Part shown: positions 1 to 12,919 of the stretch, piece by piece | How the letters are laid out: each line of letters opens with the position of its first letter | How positions within the stretch are numbered: the stretch's first letter is position 1 | DNA from: Eledone cirrhosa | Lineage: Eukaryota | Assembly (NCBI GenBank): GCA_964016885.1 | Contig: OZ024743.1 | Span: forward strand, 290,036,001 to 290,100,000 | DNA: 64,000 bases | Direction of reading: 5' to 3' | The notes under the pieces: generated by a model | The model's input: only the letters and a program-made list of their open reading frames with translations | Told to the model about the DNA's origin: nothing | The model's database searches: none | Translations under genes and position numbers: made by a program

Positions 1-243
1 AGAGTGCAAGAGAAGGAGAGGGAGAAAATTAACCGATACCAGGACCTAAAGTGGGAGGTGAAAAGGATTTGGAACTGCCATGAAGTCAAAGTGATCCCGA
101 TTGTCATAGGCGCACTGGGGACTATCTCCAAAAGTTTCCAGGGATGGTTAAAGAAAATCGGCCCCTTCACGCTTTTTGGAACGCTTCAAAAGGCATGCTT
201 GCTGGGAACAGCAAGAACCCTCCGATACGTCCTGAATATCTGA
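1..243 (+). CDS. C-terminal end of Dong/R4-type ORF (RLE domain), cut by window edge
   Basis: Translation identical to the last 78 aa of the 383..2893 ORF (QEKEREK...LQKACLLGTARTLRYVLNI). Confidence 0.85.
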   Translation, partial: RVQEKEREKINRYQDLKWEVKRIWNCHEVKVIPIVIGALGTISKSFQGWLKKIGPFTLFGTLQKACLLGTARTLRYVLNI

Positions 244-326
244 GGCTGCAGGTAGTGGCTTGATATTCATTCCAACGGACTTTCTAGTTAACCAACATCA
301 ATGACTGAGATTCAAGGAATAACAAC

Positions 327-382
<56 letters not shown>

Positions 383-2893
383 TTGAAGCAACGCATTGTA
401 GCAAAGAGTGCCAAAAACATAGAGGAATTGAAGCAACGCATTGTAGCAAAGAGTGCCAAAATCAGGCGATACGAGAACAGAGTCAGTCAGTATAAACAGA
501 ACCGCATGTTCGACAACAACCAGAAGATGCTGTTTGGACAGCTTGAGGGGAAAGAAAGAGGCAACGACTTGATCCCTGGGGCGGAACAAGCTAAAACATT
601 CTGGAGAGGAATATGGAAGCAGGATGTTAGACACAATGCCCAGGCAGGGTGGATTGAGACAGTACAGAGGGAGATCGGTGAGAAGGCACAACAACAGACT
701 GATTTGAGTATCACAGTTGAAACTCTTAAGGGGCAAGCCAAAAAACTAACCAACTGGAAATCACCAGGCCCAGATGGTGTGCAGGGGTATTGGATTAAAC
801 ATTTAACATCCCTCCACCCGAAGCTGACGGCCATGTTCAATGACTGCTTGGTGTCGGGTGAGGTGCCAGAGTGGTTGACAAAAGGTACCACAGTTCTGAT
901 AATGAAAGACCGAATCAAGGGTAATGATGTTACCAACTATAGACCTATCACATGTCTGCCCGTAATGTGGAAACTGTTGACGAGCATTGTGTCTGAGGAG
1001 ATCTACCATCACCTCCACACAAACAACTTGTTACCGGACGAACAGAAAGGATGCCGAAAGAAGTCACGTGGTACAAAGGACCAGTTGCTTATTGATAAGA
1101 TGGTAATGGGGAATTGCAGGAGGAGACACACTGATCTTGCCATGGGATGGATAGACTACAGAAAGGCATTTGACATGGTGCCTCATTCCTGGATCACCAA
1201 AAGCCTGGAGGTCTTCAGGGTGGCAGATAACATCAGACAGTTGCTGGGCAGGAGTATGGGGTCCTGGGAGACAGAGTTGACATCAACTGGAGTATCCTTG
1301 GGAAGCGTGAAGATCAAGAGAGGTATCTTCCAGGGAGATAGCCTGTCCCCTCTGTTGTTTGTCCTTGCCCTGATGCCCTTGACCATTATGCTGCGAAAAG
1401 TGAGAGCAGGATACAAGTTGGGAAGGGGAGAGCTTACCATCAATCACCTCCTCTTCATGGACGATCTTAAGCTCTTCGGGAAAAGTGAGAAGGAGTTGGA
1501 TGTGCTTGTTGACACTGTCCGTATTTTCAGCAGTGATATATGTATGCAGTTTGGTATTGGTAAATGTGGAGTCATTGTGATGAAGAGGGGTAGGTTGAGC
1601 AGAAGTAACGGGATCCAGATACCAACAGGTGAGATGATAAAGGAAATTGACTCTGAGGAAGGATACAAGTATTTGGGCGTTCTGGAGGCTGATGGCATAA
1701 AGAACAAAAAAATGAAGGAATTGTTAAGAACTGAATACATTCGGAGAGTAAGGAGCGTATTGAAGTCACATCTGAACAGCAGAAATGCCATAAGCGCAGT
1801 AAATTCCCGAGCTGTGTCTATTATTAGGTACAGTGCGGGAATTCTGAGATGGAATGTTGCTGAACAAAAAGAAATGGATAGGAAGACTAGGAAGCTATTG
1901 ACTATCTACAACATGTTCCACAAGAGGAGTGATGTCGATAGACTCTACCTAAGGAGATCTGAGGGTGGAAGAGGTCTTATCAGCATAGAGGACTGTGTTC
2001 GGATGGAGAAAAACAACCTATACAAATACGTGACCTATAGTAAGGAGCCAATGCTCAGAACTGTACTGAAGGAGGGGACAGTAGGCCAGGGGATGTCCAA
2101 GGAGGAAATAACATCAAGGAGGAAGAGCAGCCTTAAGGGAAAATCCCTTCATAGTACCTTCTTTGAGAAAACTGAATTTAGAGATCCACAGACATGGAAC
2201 TGGTTGAGAAGAGGAGACCTCAAAAAGGCTACAGAAGGAATGCTAATGGCTGCGCAGGAGCAGGCCCTCAAAACGAAGTGGTTGAAGCACCATATCTACA
2301 AGGAGGAGGCTAGCCCACTGTGCAGGATCTGTGGAGAGAGAGAGGAGACTGTGGCTCACATTGTGTCCGAGTGTAAACACCTAGCCCAGACCCACTATAA
2401 GGGCTGGAGACACGATGTGATGGGCAGGGTGATCCACTGGCACCTGTGCAAAGTAAACAATCTACCACATTCTGAGAAATGGTATGAGCATAGGCCAGAG
2501 GCGGTGATGGAGAACAGTCAGGTGAAGGTGCTGTGGGATTTTAGGATACAGACGGACAAAAAACTGGAACACAATAGACCTGACCTGGTGGTTGTGGACA
2601 AAGAAAAAAGATCGTGCCTGATTGTGGATGTGGCCTGCCCGTTCGACACGAGAGTGCAAGAGAAGGAGAGGGAGAAAATTAACCGATACCAGGACCTAAA
2701 GTGGGAGGTGAAAAGGATTTGGAACTGCCATGAAGTCAAAGTGATCCCGATTGTCATAGGCGCACTGGGGACTATCTCCAAAAGTTTCCAGGGATGGTTA
2801 AAGAAAATCGGCCCCTTCACGCTTTTTGGAACGCTTCAAAAGGCATGCTTGCTGGGAACAGCAAGAACCCTCCGATACGTCCTGAATATCTGA
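383..2893 (+). CDS. R4/Dong-type retrotransposon ORF: reverse transcriptase + zinc knuckle + restriction-like endonuclease (5'-truncated; TTG is not the native start)
   Basis: KSPGPDG, YRPITCL, IDYRKAFD, GIFQGDSLSP, FMDDLK, YKYLG (RT); CRICGEREETVAHIVSEC (CCHC); RPDLVVVDKEKRSCLIVDVACP (RLE). 836 aa uninterrupted. Confidence 0.9.
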   Translation: MKQRIVAKSAKNIEELKQRIVAKSAKIRRYENRVSQYKQNRMFDNNQKMLFGQLEGKERGNDLIPGAEQAKTFWRGIWKQDVRHNAQAGWIETVQREIGEKAQQQTDLSITVETLKGQAKKLTNWKSPGPDGVQGYWIKHLTSLHPKLTAMFNDCLVSGEVPEWLTKGTTVLIMKDRIKGNDVTNYRPITCLPVMWKLLTSIVSEEIYHHLHTNNLLPDEQKGCRKKSRGTKDQLLIDKMVMGNCRRRHTDLAMGWIDYRKAFDMVPHSWITKSLEVFRVADNIRQLLGRSMGSWETELTSTGVSLGSVKIKRGIFQGDSLSPLLFVLALMPLTIMLRKVRAGYKLGRGELTINHLLFMDDLKLFGKSEKELDVLVDTVRIFSSDICMQFGIGKCGVIVMKRGRLSRSNGIQIPTGEMIKEIDSEEGYKYLGVLEADGIKNKKMKELLRTEYIRRVRSVLKSHLNSRNAISAVNSRAVSIIRYSAGILRWNVAEQKEMDRKTRKLLTIYNMFHKRSDVDRLYLRRSEGGRGLISIEDCVRMEKNNLYKYVTYSKEPMLRTVLKEGTVGQGMSKEEITSRRKSSLKGKSLHSTFFEKTEFRDPQTWNWLRRGDLKKATEGMLMAAQEQALKTKWLKHHIYKEEASPLCRICGEREETVAHIVSECKHLAQTHYKGWRHDVMGRVIHWHLCKVNNLPHSEKWYEHRPEAVMENSQVKVLWDFRIQTDKKLEHNRPDLVVVDKEKRSCLIVDVACPFDTRVQEKEREKINRYQDLKWEVKRIWNCHEVKVIPIVIGALGTISKSFQGWLKKIGPFTLFGTLQKACLLGTARTLRYVLNI

Positions 2894-2976
2894 GGCTGCA
2901 GGTAGTGGCTTGATATTCATTCCAACGGACTTTCCAGTTAACCAACATCAATGACTGAGATTCAAGGAATAACAAC

Positions 2977-3032
<56 letters not shown>

Positions 3033-5543
3033 TTGAAGCAACGCATTGTAGCAAAGAGTGCCAAAAACATAGAGGAATTGAAGCAACGCATTGTAGCAAA
3101 GAGTGCCAAAATCAGGCGATACGAGAACAGAGTCAGTCAGTATAAACAGAACCGCATGTTCGACAACAACCAGAAGATGCTGTTTGGACAGCTTGAGGGG
3201 AAAGAAAGAGGCAACGACTTGATCCCTGGGGCGGAACAAGCTAAAACATTCTGGAGAGGAATATGGAAGCAGGATGTTAGACACAATGCCCAGGCAGGGT
3301 GGATTGAGACAGTACAGAGGGAGATCGGTGAGAAGGCACAACAACAGACTGATTTGAGTATCACAGTTGAAACTCTTAAGGGGCAAGCCAAAAAACTAAC
3401 CAACTGGAAATCACCAGGCCCAGATGGTGTGCAGGGGTATTGGATTAAACATTTAACATCCCTCCACCCGAAGCTGACGGCCATGTTCAATGACTGCTTG
3501 GTGTCGGGTGAGGTGCCAGAGTGGTTGACAAAAGGTACCACAGTTCTGATAATGAAAGACCGAATCAAGGGTAATGATGTTACCAACTATAGACCTATCA
3601 CATGTCTGCCCGTAATGTGGAAACTGTTGACGAGCATTGTGTCTGAGGAGATCTACCATCACCTCCACACAAACAACTTGTTACCGGACGAACAGAAAGG
3701 ATGCCGAAAGAAGTCACGTGGTACAAAGGACCAGTTGCTTATTGATAAGATGGTAATGGGGAATTGCAGGAGGAGACACACTGATCTTGCCATGGGATGG
3801 ATAGACTACAGAAAGGCATTTGACATGGTGCCTCATTCCTGGATCACCAAAAGCCTGGAGGTCTTCAGGGTGGCAGATAACATCAGACAGTTGCTGGGCA
3901 GGAGTATGGGGTCCTGGGAGACAGAGTTGACATCAACTGGAGTATCCTTGGGAAGCGTGAAGATCAAGAGAGGTATCTTCCAGGGAGATAGCCTGTCCCC
4001 TCTGTTGTTTGTCCTTGCCCTGATGCCCTTGACCATTATGCTGCGAAAAGTGAGAGCAGGATACAAGTTGGGAAGGGGAGAGCTTACCATCAATCACCTC
4101 CTCTTCATGGACGATCTTAAGCTCTTCGGGAAAAGTGAGAAGGAGTTGGATGTGCTTGTTGACACTGTCCGTATTTTCAGCAGTGATATATGTATGCAGT
4201 TTGGTATTGGTAAATGTGGAGTCATTGTGATGAAGAGGGGTAGGTTGAGCAGAAGTAACGGGATCCAGATACCAACAGGTGAGATGATAAAGGAAATTGA
4301 CTCTGAGGAAGGATACAAGTATTTGGGCGTTCTGGAGGCTGATGGCATAAAGAACAAAAAAATGAAGGAATTGTTAAGAACTGAATACATTCGGAGAGTA
4401 AGGAGCGTATTGAAGTCACATCTGAACAGCAGAAATGCCATAAGCGCAGTAAATTCCCGAGCTGTGTCTATTATTAGGTACAGTGCGGGAATTCTGAGAT
4501 GGAATGTTGCTGAACAAAAAGAAATGGATAGGAAGACTAGGAAGCTATTGACTATCTACAACATGTTCCACAAGAGGAGTGATGTCGATAGACTCTACCT
4601 AAGGAGATCTGAGGGTGGAAGAGGTCTTATCAGCATAGAGGACTGTGTTCGGATGGAGAAAAACAACCTATACAAATACGTGACCTATAGTAAGGAGCCA
4701 ATGCTCAGAACTGTACTGAAGGAGGGGACAGTAGGCCAGGGGATGTCCAAGGAGGAAATAACATCAAGGAGGAAGAGCAGCCTTAAGGGAAAATCCCTTC
4801 ATAGTACCTTCTTTGAGAAAACTGAATTTAGAGATCCACAGACATGGAACTGGTTGAGAAGAGGAGACCTCAAAAAGGCTACAGAAGGAATGCTAATGGC
4901 TGCGCAGGAGCAGGCCCTCAAAACGAAGTGGTTGAAGCACCATATCTACAAGGAGGAGGCTAGCCCACTGTGCAGGATCTGTGGAGAGAGAGAGGAGACT
5001 GTGGCTCACATTGTGTCCGAGTGTAAACACCTAGCCCAGACCCACTATAAGGGCTGGAGACACGATGTGATGGGCAGGGTGATCCACTGGCACCTGTGCA
5101 AAGTAAACAATCTACCACATTCTGAGAAATGGTATGAGCATAGGCCAGAGGCGGTGATGGAGAACAGTCAGGTGAAGGTGCTGTGGGATTTTAGGATACA
5201 GACGGACAAAAAACTGGAACACAATAGACCTGACCTGGTGGTTGTGGACAAAGAAAAAAGATCGTGCCTGATTGTGGATGTGGCCTGCCCGTTCGACACG
5301 AGAGTGCAAGAGAAGGAGAGGGAGAAAATTAACCGATACCAGGACCTAAAGTGGGAGGTGAAAAGGATTTGGAACTGCCATGAAGTCAAAGTGATCCCGA
5401 TTGTCATAGGCGCACTGGAGACTATCTCCAAAGGTTTCCAGGGATGGTTAAAGAAAATCGGCCCCTTCACGCTTTTTGGAACGCTTCAAAAGGCATGCTT
5501 GCTTGGAACAGCAAGAACCCTCCGATACGTCCTGAATATCTGA
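3033..5543 (+). CDS. Second intact copy of the R4/Dong-type ORF
   Basis: Same protein as 383..2893 except two C-terminal substitutions (GTISKS to ETISKG). Confidence 0.9.
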   Translation: MKQRIVAKSAKNIEELKQRIVAKSAKIRRYENRVSQYKQNRMFDNNQKMLFGQLEGKERGNDLIPGAEQAKTFWRGIWKQDVRHNAQAGWIETVQREIGEKAQQQTDLSITVETLKGQAKKLTNWKSPGPDGVQGYWIKHLTSLHPKLTAMFNDCLVSGEVPEWLTKGTTVLIMKDRIKGNDVTNYRPITCLPVMWKLLTSIVSEEIYHHLHTNNLLPDEQKGCRKKSRGTKDQLLIDKMVMGNCRRRHTDLAMGWIDYRKAFDMVPHSWITKSLEVFRVADNIRQLLGRSMGSWETELTSTGVSLGSVKIKRGIFQGDSLSPLLFVLALMPLTIMLRKVRAGYKLGRGELTINHLLFMDDLKLFGKSEKELDVLVDTVRIFSSDICMQFGIGKCGVIVMKRGRLSRSNGIQIPTGEMIKEIDSEEGYKYLGVLEADGIKNKKMKELLRTEYIRRVRSVLKSHLNSRNAISAVNSRAVSIIRYSAGILRWNVAEQKEMDRKTRKLLTIYNMFHKRSDVDRLYLRRSEGGRGLISIEDCVRMEKNNLYKYVTYSKEPMLRTVLKEGTVGQGMSKEEITSRRKSSLKGKSLHSTFFEKTEFRDPQTWNWLRRGDLKKATEGMLMAAQEQALKTKWLKHHIYKEEASPLCRICGEREETVAHIVSECKHLAQTHYKGWRHDVMGRVIHWHLCKVNNLPHSEKWYEHRPEAVMENSQVKVLWDFRIQTDKKLEHNRPDLVVVDKEKRSCLIVDVACPFDTRVQEKEREKINRYQDLKWEVKRIWNCHEVKVIPIVIGALETISKGFQGWLKKIGPFTLFGTLQKACLLGTARTLRYVLNI

Positions 5544-5880
5544 GGCTGCAGGTAGTGGCTTGATATTCAATCCAACGGACTTTCCAGTTAACCAACATCA
5601 ATGACTGAGATTCAAGGAATAACAATAACAATAATAATAATAATAATAATAATAATAAGAAGAAGAAGAAGAAGATATTGAATACTTCTCTCCGAAGAAC
5701 GGATAACACCAACTCTACTGAGGAGCAAGCGTAATCAGCGTATTAAAGAGAAAGTCTTGTGGATTATGTGAGGCGTTCTAATTGGAATGTTGGACTAAAT
5801 GTATAGTTGTTAAAAAGAATCTGATAAATATATATTCCTTTAGTCATTGTGGTTCAATGCATGGGGTTGCAGAACAATAA

Positions 5881-6569
<689 letters not shown>

Positions 6570-8082
6570 GCATTCCTACTTATACGGATAGTTTGCATAT
6601 TTAAACGAAACAATAAATAAAGGCCACATTTCTCCATGGCAGCCTATCAATTTTTAGTATATTATTATTATTATATTCTACGCCTTTCGTAAAAGACGAA
6701 AGATTTATCCGCTTACGTCCCTTTACGTTCTCAGTTCAAATCCCACTGAGATCAGTTTTGGCTTTCAGCATTACGTGGTCAATAGAATAAATCAACAGTA
6801 ACGTACTGAATTTTTTGGCTTTGTGGCTTAATCAGAAACTTATATTTGATGCATCTTGAGAAAAGAAGAGTACGTAGATTTTCATAGGCCCTGTGATAGA
6901 TTATTGTTATTATTCTGCGTACATTATTCCACATCGACCTGCTTTGGAGGGAAGGCTGTAGGGAAGTCTGAGTTTCAAACTAGAATAGACCGGGGGTATA
7001 TTTACTGTTAGGCATATCGTTTTTCAATAGAGGATGCAGAGATGCAAGATATCATCTGAAAGTTGTCAGATATTGTAGCGCACCCATGAGTGATTTTAGA
7101 CCTATTTAAAAAATACATATTTTACTCAATCTCAAAACTATTCTAATAATATTTTCATAAAGAATTCGACATGTTGAGAATACCTACACATATTGGTACA
7201 TTAAATTACAAGCGTAGTTACTTAAAATCAATAAGACATGTACATGTATGAACTGTACATTATATTACATTTACAAATGGTAAAACTATAATTGTTCGTA
7301 TTGGCATCAATAAAATGTATCGACAAAAAGCTAATAGTTTTAACAAAGTTAAATTAATTAAAAGGACGATACCACCGTAATTAAAATCTTTCAGTGCATT
7401 AATTAACGTTGAACATTTATATTCTTCAACTCCAAGATGTATCGTATTATTTGAGCTTCAAACAACGAGGCAAATGTTTTATATATCCATTGAGGGTAAA
7501 AGTATTAATTAAGTCTTTCTCCCTTATATACTATTGTAATCCAATTCACCTATTGATTAATAAATCTGTCACTATCGCATACACAATGCTCAAACTCGAT
7601 TTAAGAAAATTATTTAAATTGACAATGGAATGCAAGTAACAAGTCACGAACACTAGAGCAGTTATTCATAGACCAAGAGAATCCAGTTCTTTGTCCTAAC
7701 CCATACGTCTATTTCACATCCCTCATAAATGTCTTAGATTTTTAGATAATAATCTGATATATTCAAGAGAGAATCAAACTACATTTGTTTTGATTTCTGT
7801 ATTCGCCACACATCGTATCAGAAATCTCCGTATGAAGGCAATGCGGTGATTATTTCTTTTGATGAGACGGAAATCAGACAACTTCTTAGATTCTAGATTC
7901 CAACCGCTAGAAATGTAATGATCAAAAGCAGGGCATATGAGAAGAGTTTCATAAGTAGAAATTTCAAAAATGTATTATAACTATCAGGGCAGTTCTTACG
8001 ATCATTTTTCAAATGAAAACCGAAGATATATTCAAAGTTGAAGCATTATGAATGATGATTATACGTACGTACACATCCATAT

Positions 8083-8115
<33 letters not shown>

Positions 8116-9637
8116 CACGCTCTCTCAACACACTCACGCACATATGTACGTATTATTTAATGAGAAAATGCTGAAGATGCTTAAAGTGAATCATATTTCT
8201 AAAAGTCCTCTAGAAATGGTTAGTAATGGTTAGGAAATACTATTATTTACGGATAGATAAATAAATGACAAACTTTTTTAGCATTCTGACAATTAAATTG
8301 CATAAATGCTGATAAAAATTTACTAAATAAGCGAGAGACAAGGACAGAGAGGGAGGGGGGGGGGGGGGAGTAAATGTGATATAGAGCAGATATTTCTAAT
8401 TTGTGAAGTTATAACAAAGACAGAATTTAATGCCTATGATGAGTAAGACGTTAACTCTCTGCTGGGGAACATGCAAAATAGAGAAACGATAGCTTCTTTG
8501 ATATTTATCGTTGTCGTAATACCGACATATTTCAATCAACTTCTCAGAATAGCAATTCGAGTGCTTTTATTTTCGGATGATTTTCAAGAATTTGCCAAGA
8601 GAAATCTCTGATTATGTTCAGCTCCTCCAGAACAACTAAAACAGATTGTATTTCTCTATATGATACTTAGCTTCAATATTTTGGGCGCAGTATAATCTCG
8701 TGGGCTAAATATTCAAGATAATTGGGGCACTTAGAAGAAAACGACTCTTTTTCCTAAAATTGGATGTGAAAACATGAAAAGATGACAGGCTATCGGGTAC
8801 CAGCCTGTCATCTGTGCCTGGGTGATATCGATCTACCTAGCAAAAACAGAGGAGAAGAGAGGCCACTCTAGAATCAATTAATGTGTCAGAGTGTGGAGGA
8901 AAGGCGTACGTGACCCATGATTTGTGAATTACTGACTCCTCCTGAGTGAATCAAATGGTCGTATTTTAGATGCAGTCAGACATCTCTATGGGTTCTGCAA
9001 AAAATATTCATAGGCATATTGACGCCGATATACTTGCTGGAAATAACAGCCAATCGTTGTAAATCTATATCGGATGGCTGGAAATACAGAAAATCAAAAT
9101 TGGATACAAAAGATTTCAATATCATTAAAATATGGGATAGTAACGCCTGCAATGCTCAGGCGTTCTGGCATCTGAGTTCAAGTCAGAAATTTGCTGTGCA
9201 TTCATTAATGGTTGACGAAATAATGTAATACTAGTGGGCGGTGGATTAGCAGAATTGTTAGAGGATAGAACGAAGCACTTGACTCTTTAAGATGAGGCTC
9301 CTTATGTTCTATCTTTAAATAGATAATTTTGATGGTAGACTTATACCCTCTCCATATTTAACAACAATATTTAAAACGTCGGTGCCTTTACTGAAGCCTA
9401 CTATATTGCAAATATTCAGACGAGTTTCAGGATACATTCGGCTACCAACTCTCACTGATAATATTAAGAAGATTTCCCTTGTCGACTGATTAAAAAATAA
9501 AGAACATATGCCGAAACGTTAAGTGGTATCCTTCCTTTAAGGTTTAGAGTCTAAACCAAAACACACCGAGAAAAATTGTGTACGATTTTAGAGTTGGCAT
9601 TATATACGGTGTTATAGTTGCATTATATTTTGAAGTG

Positions 9638-9761
<124 letters not shown>

Positions 9762-9983
9762 GTGTATTTGTGTGTGTGTGGTCTCTCTCTGTGTGTGTGA
9801 GTCTGTCTGTGTGTGCATGTATTACGTTTTTTCATAGATATCTGAATATATGTTGTAGAAATTAATGTTGTGATTTGTGGCGAAAACATGTTTCAGAATA
9901 GAGTCTCAATTAATCCAAAAAGTGTATTAAGTATAATATACAATCTTGAGTGTTAGTTATCTGTGTTGAATCAATATTATCGT

Positions 9984-10165
9984 TGATTGGCAGTATCGGT
10001 AGAGGGTCTGAGGCCATGCTTTGCAGCAAAGAGGTACGGCCCTTTATGGTCTGAGTTCAAATCCCGCCGAGGTTAACTTTGCCTTTCATCCCTACGGGGT
10101 CGATAAAATAAAGTACCAGTAATACACTGATATAATTGCTGGTCTAATGCCAAAAGTAGAAACAA
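9984..10165 (+). mobile_element. tRNA-derived SINE
   Basis: A-box-like TGGCAGTATCGG, B-box GAGTTCAAATCC, conserved core GCCTTTCATCCYTACGGGGTCGATAAAATAAAGTACCAGT (resembles the conserved central domain of Meta/Nin-type SINEs; tentative). TSD ATTATCGT. Confidence 0.85.
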
Positions 10166-10738
10166 TTATCGTATGTCTAACACAGAAGATCACTACGAAG
10201 TTAAGAAGGTAACGATGTATGATATATAAGTATAATTTTGACATCTTCAAGATGTCAAAATTATACTTATATATCATACATGGATACATCAGTAGAAATA
10301 TGTTTACACACATGCATACATACGTACATAGTGGTACATACTAGTGGTATGTAGATAACGTGCGTTGCGTTTTACATATTCTCCATTAGATTTTGCTGGA
10401 ATCAGCATATGCGCAAAATTAAAAGCGTGAATATTTTGTCCACATATGCAGAAAAAGTATTCATCCTCCCCCACACACAGATCGATTCGATAATCATGTA
10501 TTAAATCAATATGTATCCATCCAGGAATCTCTCTCTATATATATATATGTGTGTCTGCGTGCGTGTGTGTCTGTGTGTGTGTGTGTATAATACCGGGACG
10601 ACTAGTTATTGCCTTCATTGCGTTTATTGATTGGAGACGCCCGTTTCGCTCTTGATCAGCTCAAAGTTCGATCTATATCGATCTGGCCCGATTCTGGAAA
10701 TGTGCACAACCAATCAATAAACGTATTATTATATTACA

Positions 10739-10920
10739 GTGAATTGGCAGTATCGGTAGAGGGTTGGACGCCATGCTTTCTAGCATAGTTACGTCCCTTT
10801 ACAGTCTGAGTTCAAATCCCGCCGAGGTTAACTTTGCTTTTCATCCTTACGGGGTCGATAAAATAAAGTACCACTAATGTACTGGGTAATTTCTGGCCTT
10901 GTGCCTAAAGTAGAAACAAT
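10739..10920 (+). mobile_element. tRNA-derived SINE
   Basis: Same family; TSD ATTATATTACA. Confidence 0.85.
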
Positions 10921-11035
10921 TATATTACACTTTGTCTAGCTCTACACCTCGCTACTGACGTGAACCTAAACATCGAGTGCTCTACAGTAACTTCGTGTTA
11001 CACTTCCTGGTTATACACACACGCACCCCCCCCCC

Positions 11036-11093
<58 letters not shown>

Positions 11094-11096
<3 letters not shown>

Positions 11097-12047
11097 ATAA
11101 AGTGAAGTTGGGCGTTGTTTGTTTGTTTGTTTGTTTGGTGTCCCGAACTTGCAGGCTACACCGTTCATCCGAATTTCATGAAACGTGACACATATATAAA
11201 ACTCGATGCGTAAATTGAAATAGTCTACTTGAAACTTTCGAAAAACCGTTAATCCGGCTTCCAGCAGCCAAATATTGATATTTTCAAAAACCCTCCGATT
11301 TCGATGAAACTCGACGCAAATGTACATTTTGATCCGGGATGAACGCGGGCTACATTAAATTTTCGAAAAATTGAGAATCGGATCAGCAGAGGCAAATATC
11401 GATATTTTCAGAATTCGTGCGATTTCAATGAAATTTGATATTACCACAATAATAGATCCATTAGGATTTACTCCAAGGCTGCAAAAATTCAGAAAGTTTT
11501 TTTAAACTCATAAATCATGCGTTAAATGAGACCTTTAAGAGTTAGGGCAGACAATTATTCATAGTTTAATTATCAATGGCGCAATATTGTGGAAATATGC
11601 AAATCTACGCCTTTCCTTATGGGAAAATGGAAGGCTTTACAAATTCATGGTTATTTGAGTAGAATCCTTAATTCTTAAATAATTGTACAGTCAACAAAAT
11701 ATATGACAGAATGTTTTTCATATTTTTTTCAAAAATCTTTCGATTTCAATGAAACTTAATGTGTATATATTCGAACACAATCACTTTTAGTTTACATCTG
11801 TCGCAATCAAAATCAATTTCATATAAGCACTAACACACTGTGACTCACGCGCGTTATTGATTGGACGGCCTGTCTATACCACGAGCAGTATGTTTTCTCA
11901 ACGATAGACACACAAACAGGTATGCACGCACGTGGAAACCGCATTGTTCTCTTTGTGTGTATCCGCTTTTTGTGAACAACAATAAATCCGGCCGTCTCAC
12001 TAAACGGACCTTTACATAATTTGCCCACTTACTTATCGGTGAGTTAG
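11094..12047 (+). mobile_element. Probable non-autonomous Helitron (Lep1-like organisation)
   Basis: 5' TCTATAAA followed by (GTTT)n, internal ~130-bp subrepeats (CGATTTCRATGAAA), 3' end ...GAGTTAG|T with a weak hairpin; inserted at the end of a (TA)n tract. Confidence 0.45.
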
Positions 12048-12227
12048 TACTTATTTATTTAAACCACTTGCATGCCATTTCAGTTAAATTTAATTCATTT
12101 TTCGCCTTCCGTAAATTTAAAAATCCCCATTGGGACTAGGGGATTCTCGACGTCTTAGCGTTAAACTTTTCATATTCCCCCTTATTCAAGTGCAAATACA
12201 GTATTACCCCTATCGGAAAGGAAATTT

Positions 12228-12846
12228 AAGAATTTATAAATTTCCGGTTGGTTGGTTGGTTCCACAAGCGGACGGTTGTTCATATATTGTCAAAGTTCTT
12301 TCGTCACACATTCTGTGACCCCTTCAGTGACTGGGATTATTTTCTTTGTTTTGTGCCTCTCCTTTGTTCTGCCCTACGCCATCATGTTTTTGTGTGTGTT
12401 GTGTGCTTAATTTGCGCATTTTTTACATCCGGGTGTCTGTGTGTGTGTTTATTTGTTTATTTATTAGTTTATTTACATGTTACTGGTTGGTTGTTTGTTC
12501 TATGTATGTGTGTGTTTTCATTTTGTCCTTAATTGTGAATTGTGATGTTACTATTCCATTCAGGTTTTCTATTTAATTTTGGTTGGAGTTCATTTATGTT
12601 TATTGCCTCTGTGATTCATCTAAACGTTGCGTCTTTTCTGTGTGTAGATTCTATTTTTATTTCTATGTACTCTAATTTGCCCTTATATTTTATTTTAGCA
12701 TGTTGGTGGAGTATTGATGATTCCTTTTTATCTTGAAGCTCTCGTCAGTGTTCATTTAAATGTTCTCCTCTACTAGGAGCTGTCTCACCTATGTACACTA
12801 TATTCTTCTCTTTACATTGTCCTTCAGTACATCTTATGCTATATAC

Positions 12847-12851
<5 letters not shown>
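12228..12851 (-). mobile_element. 5'-truncated copy (GIY-YIG end + pLTR) of the PLE at 55672-59129
   Basis: Reverse complement aligns with about 58431-59045. Confidence 0.85.
12289..12331 (-). ncRNA. Minimal hammerhead ribozyme in PLE pLTR (one core mismatch)
   Basis: GTCA-CTGAAGG-gGTCACA-gaatg-TGTGAC-GAAAG-aa-CTT/TGAC; the paralogue at 58950 has CTGAAGA. Confidence 0.6.

Positions 12852-12910
<59 letters not shown>

Positions 12911-12919
<9 letters not shown>

Larger units (their letters stand above)
1..5657 (+). mobile_element. Tandem array of R4/Dong-clade non-LTR retrotransposon: two complete 5'-truncated 2650-bp units plus the 3' end of a third, each followed by (ATA)n
   Basis: Exact 2650-bp periodicity (ORFs at 383 and 3033). 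RT plus C-terminal CCHC and PD..D endonuclease. Each unit ends in a short 3' UTR and an (ATA/TAA)n tract, the known target of Dong elements. Confidence 0.9.

Noticed and set aside
284-5712. Minus-strand ORFs over the LINE array
   Set aside because: Antisense shadows with no domain motifs; repeated only because the unit is repeated.
8780-8813. 12-bp hairpin AGATGACAGGCT/AGCCTGTCATCT
   Set aside because: Isolated, with no family context; not a terminator in a eukaryote.
10621-10723. 14-bp IR with HHR-like CTGATCA..GAAAC..GTC on minus
   Set aside because: Core mismatch and no stem II; too weak to call.
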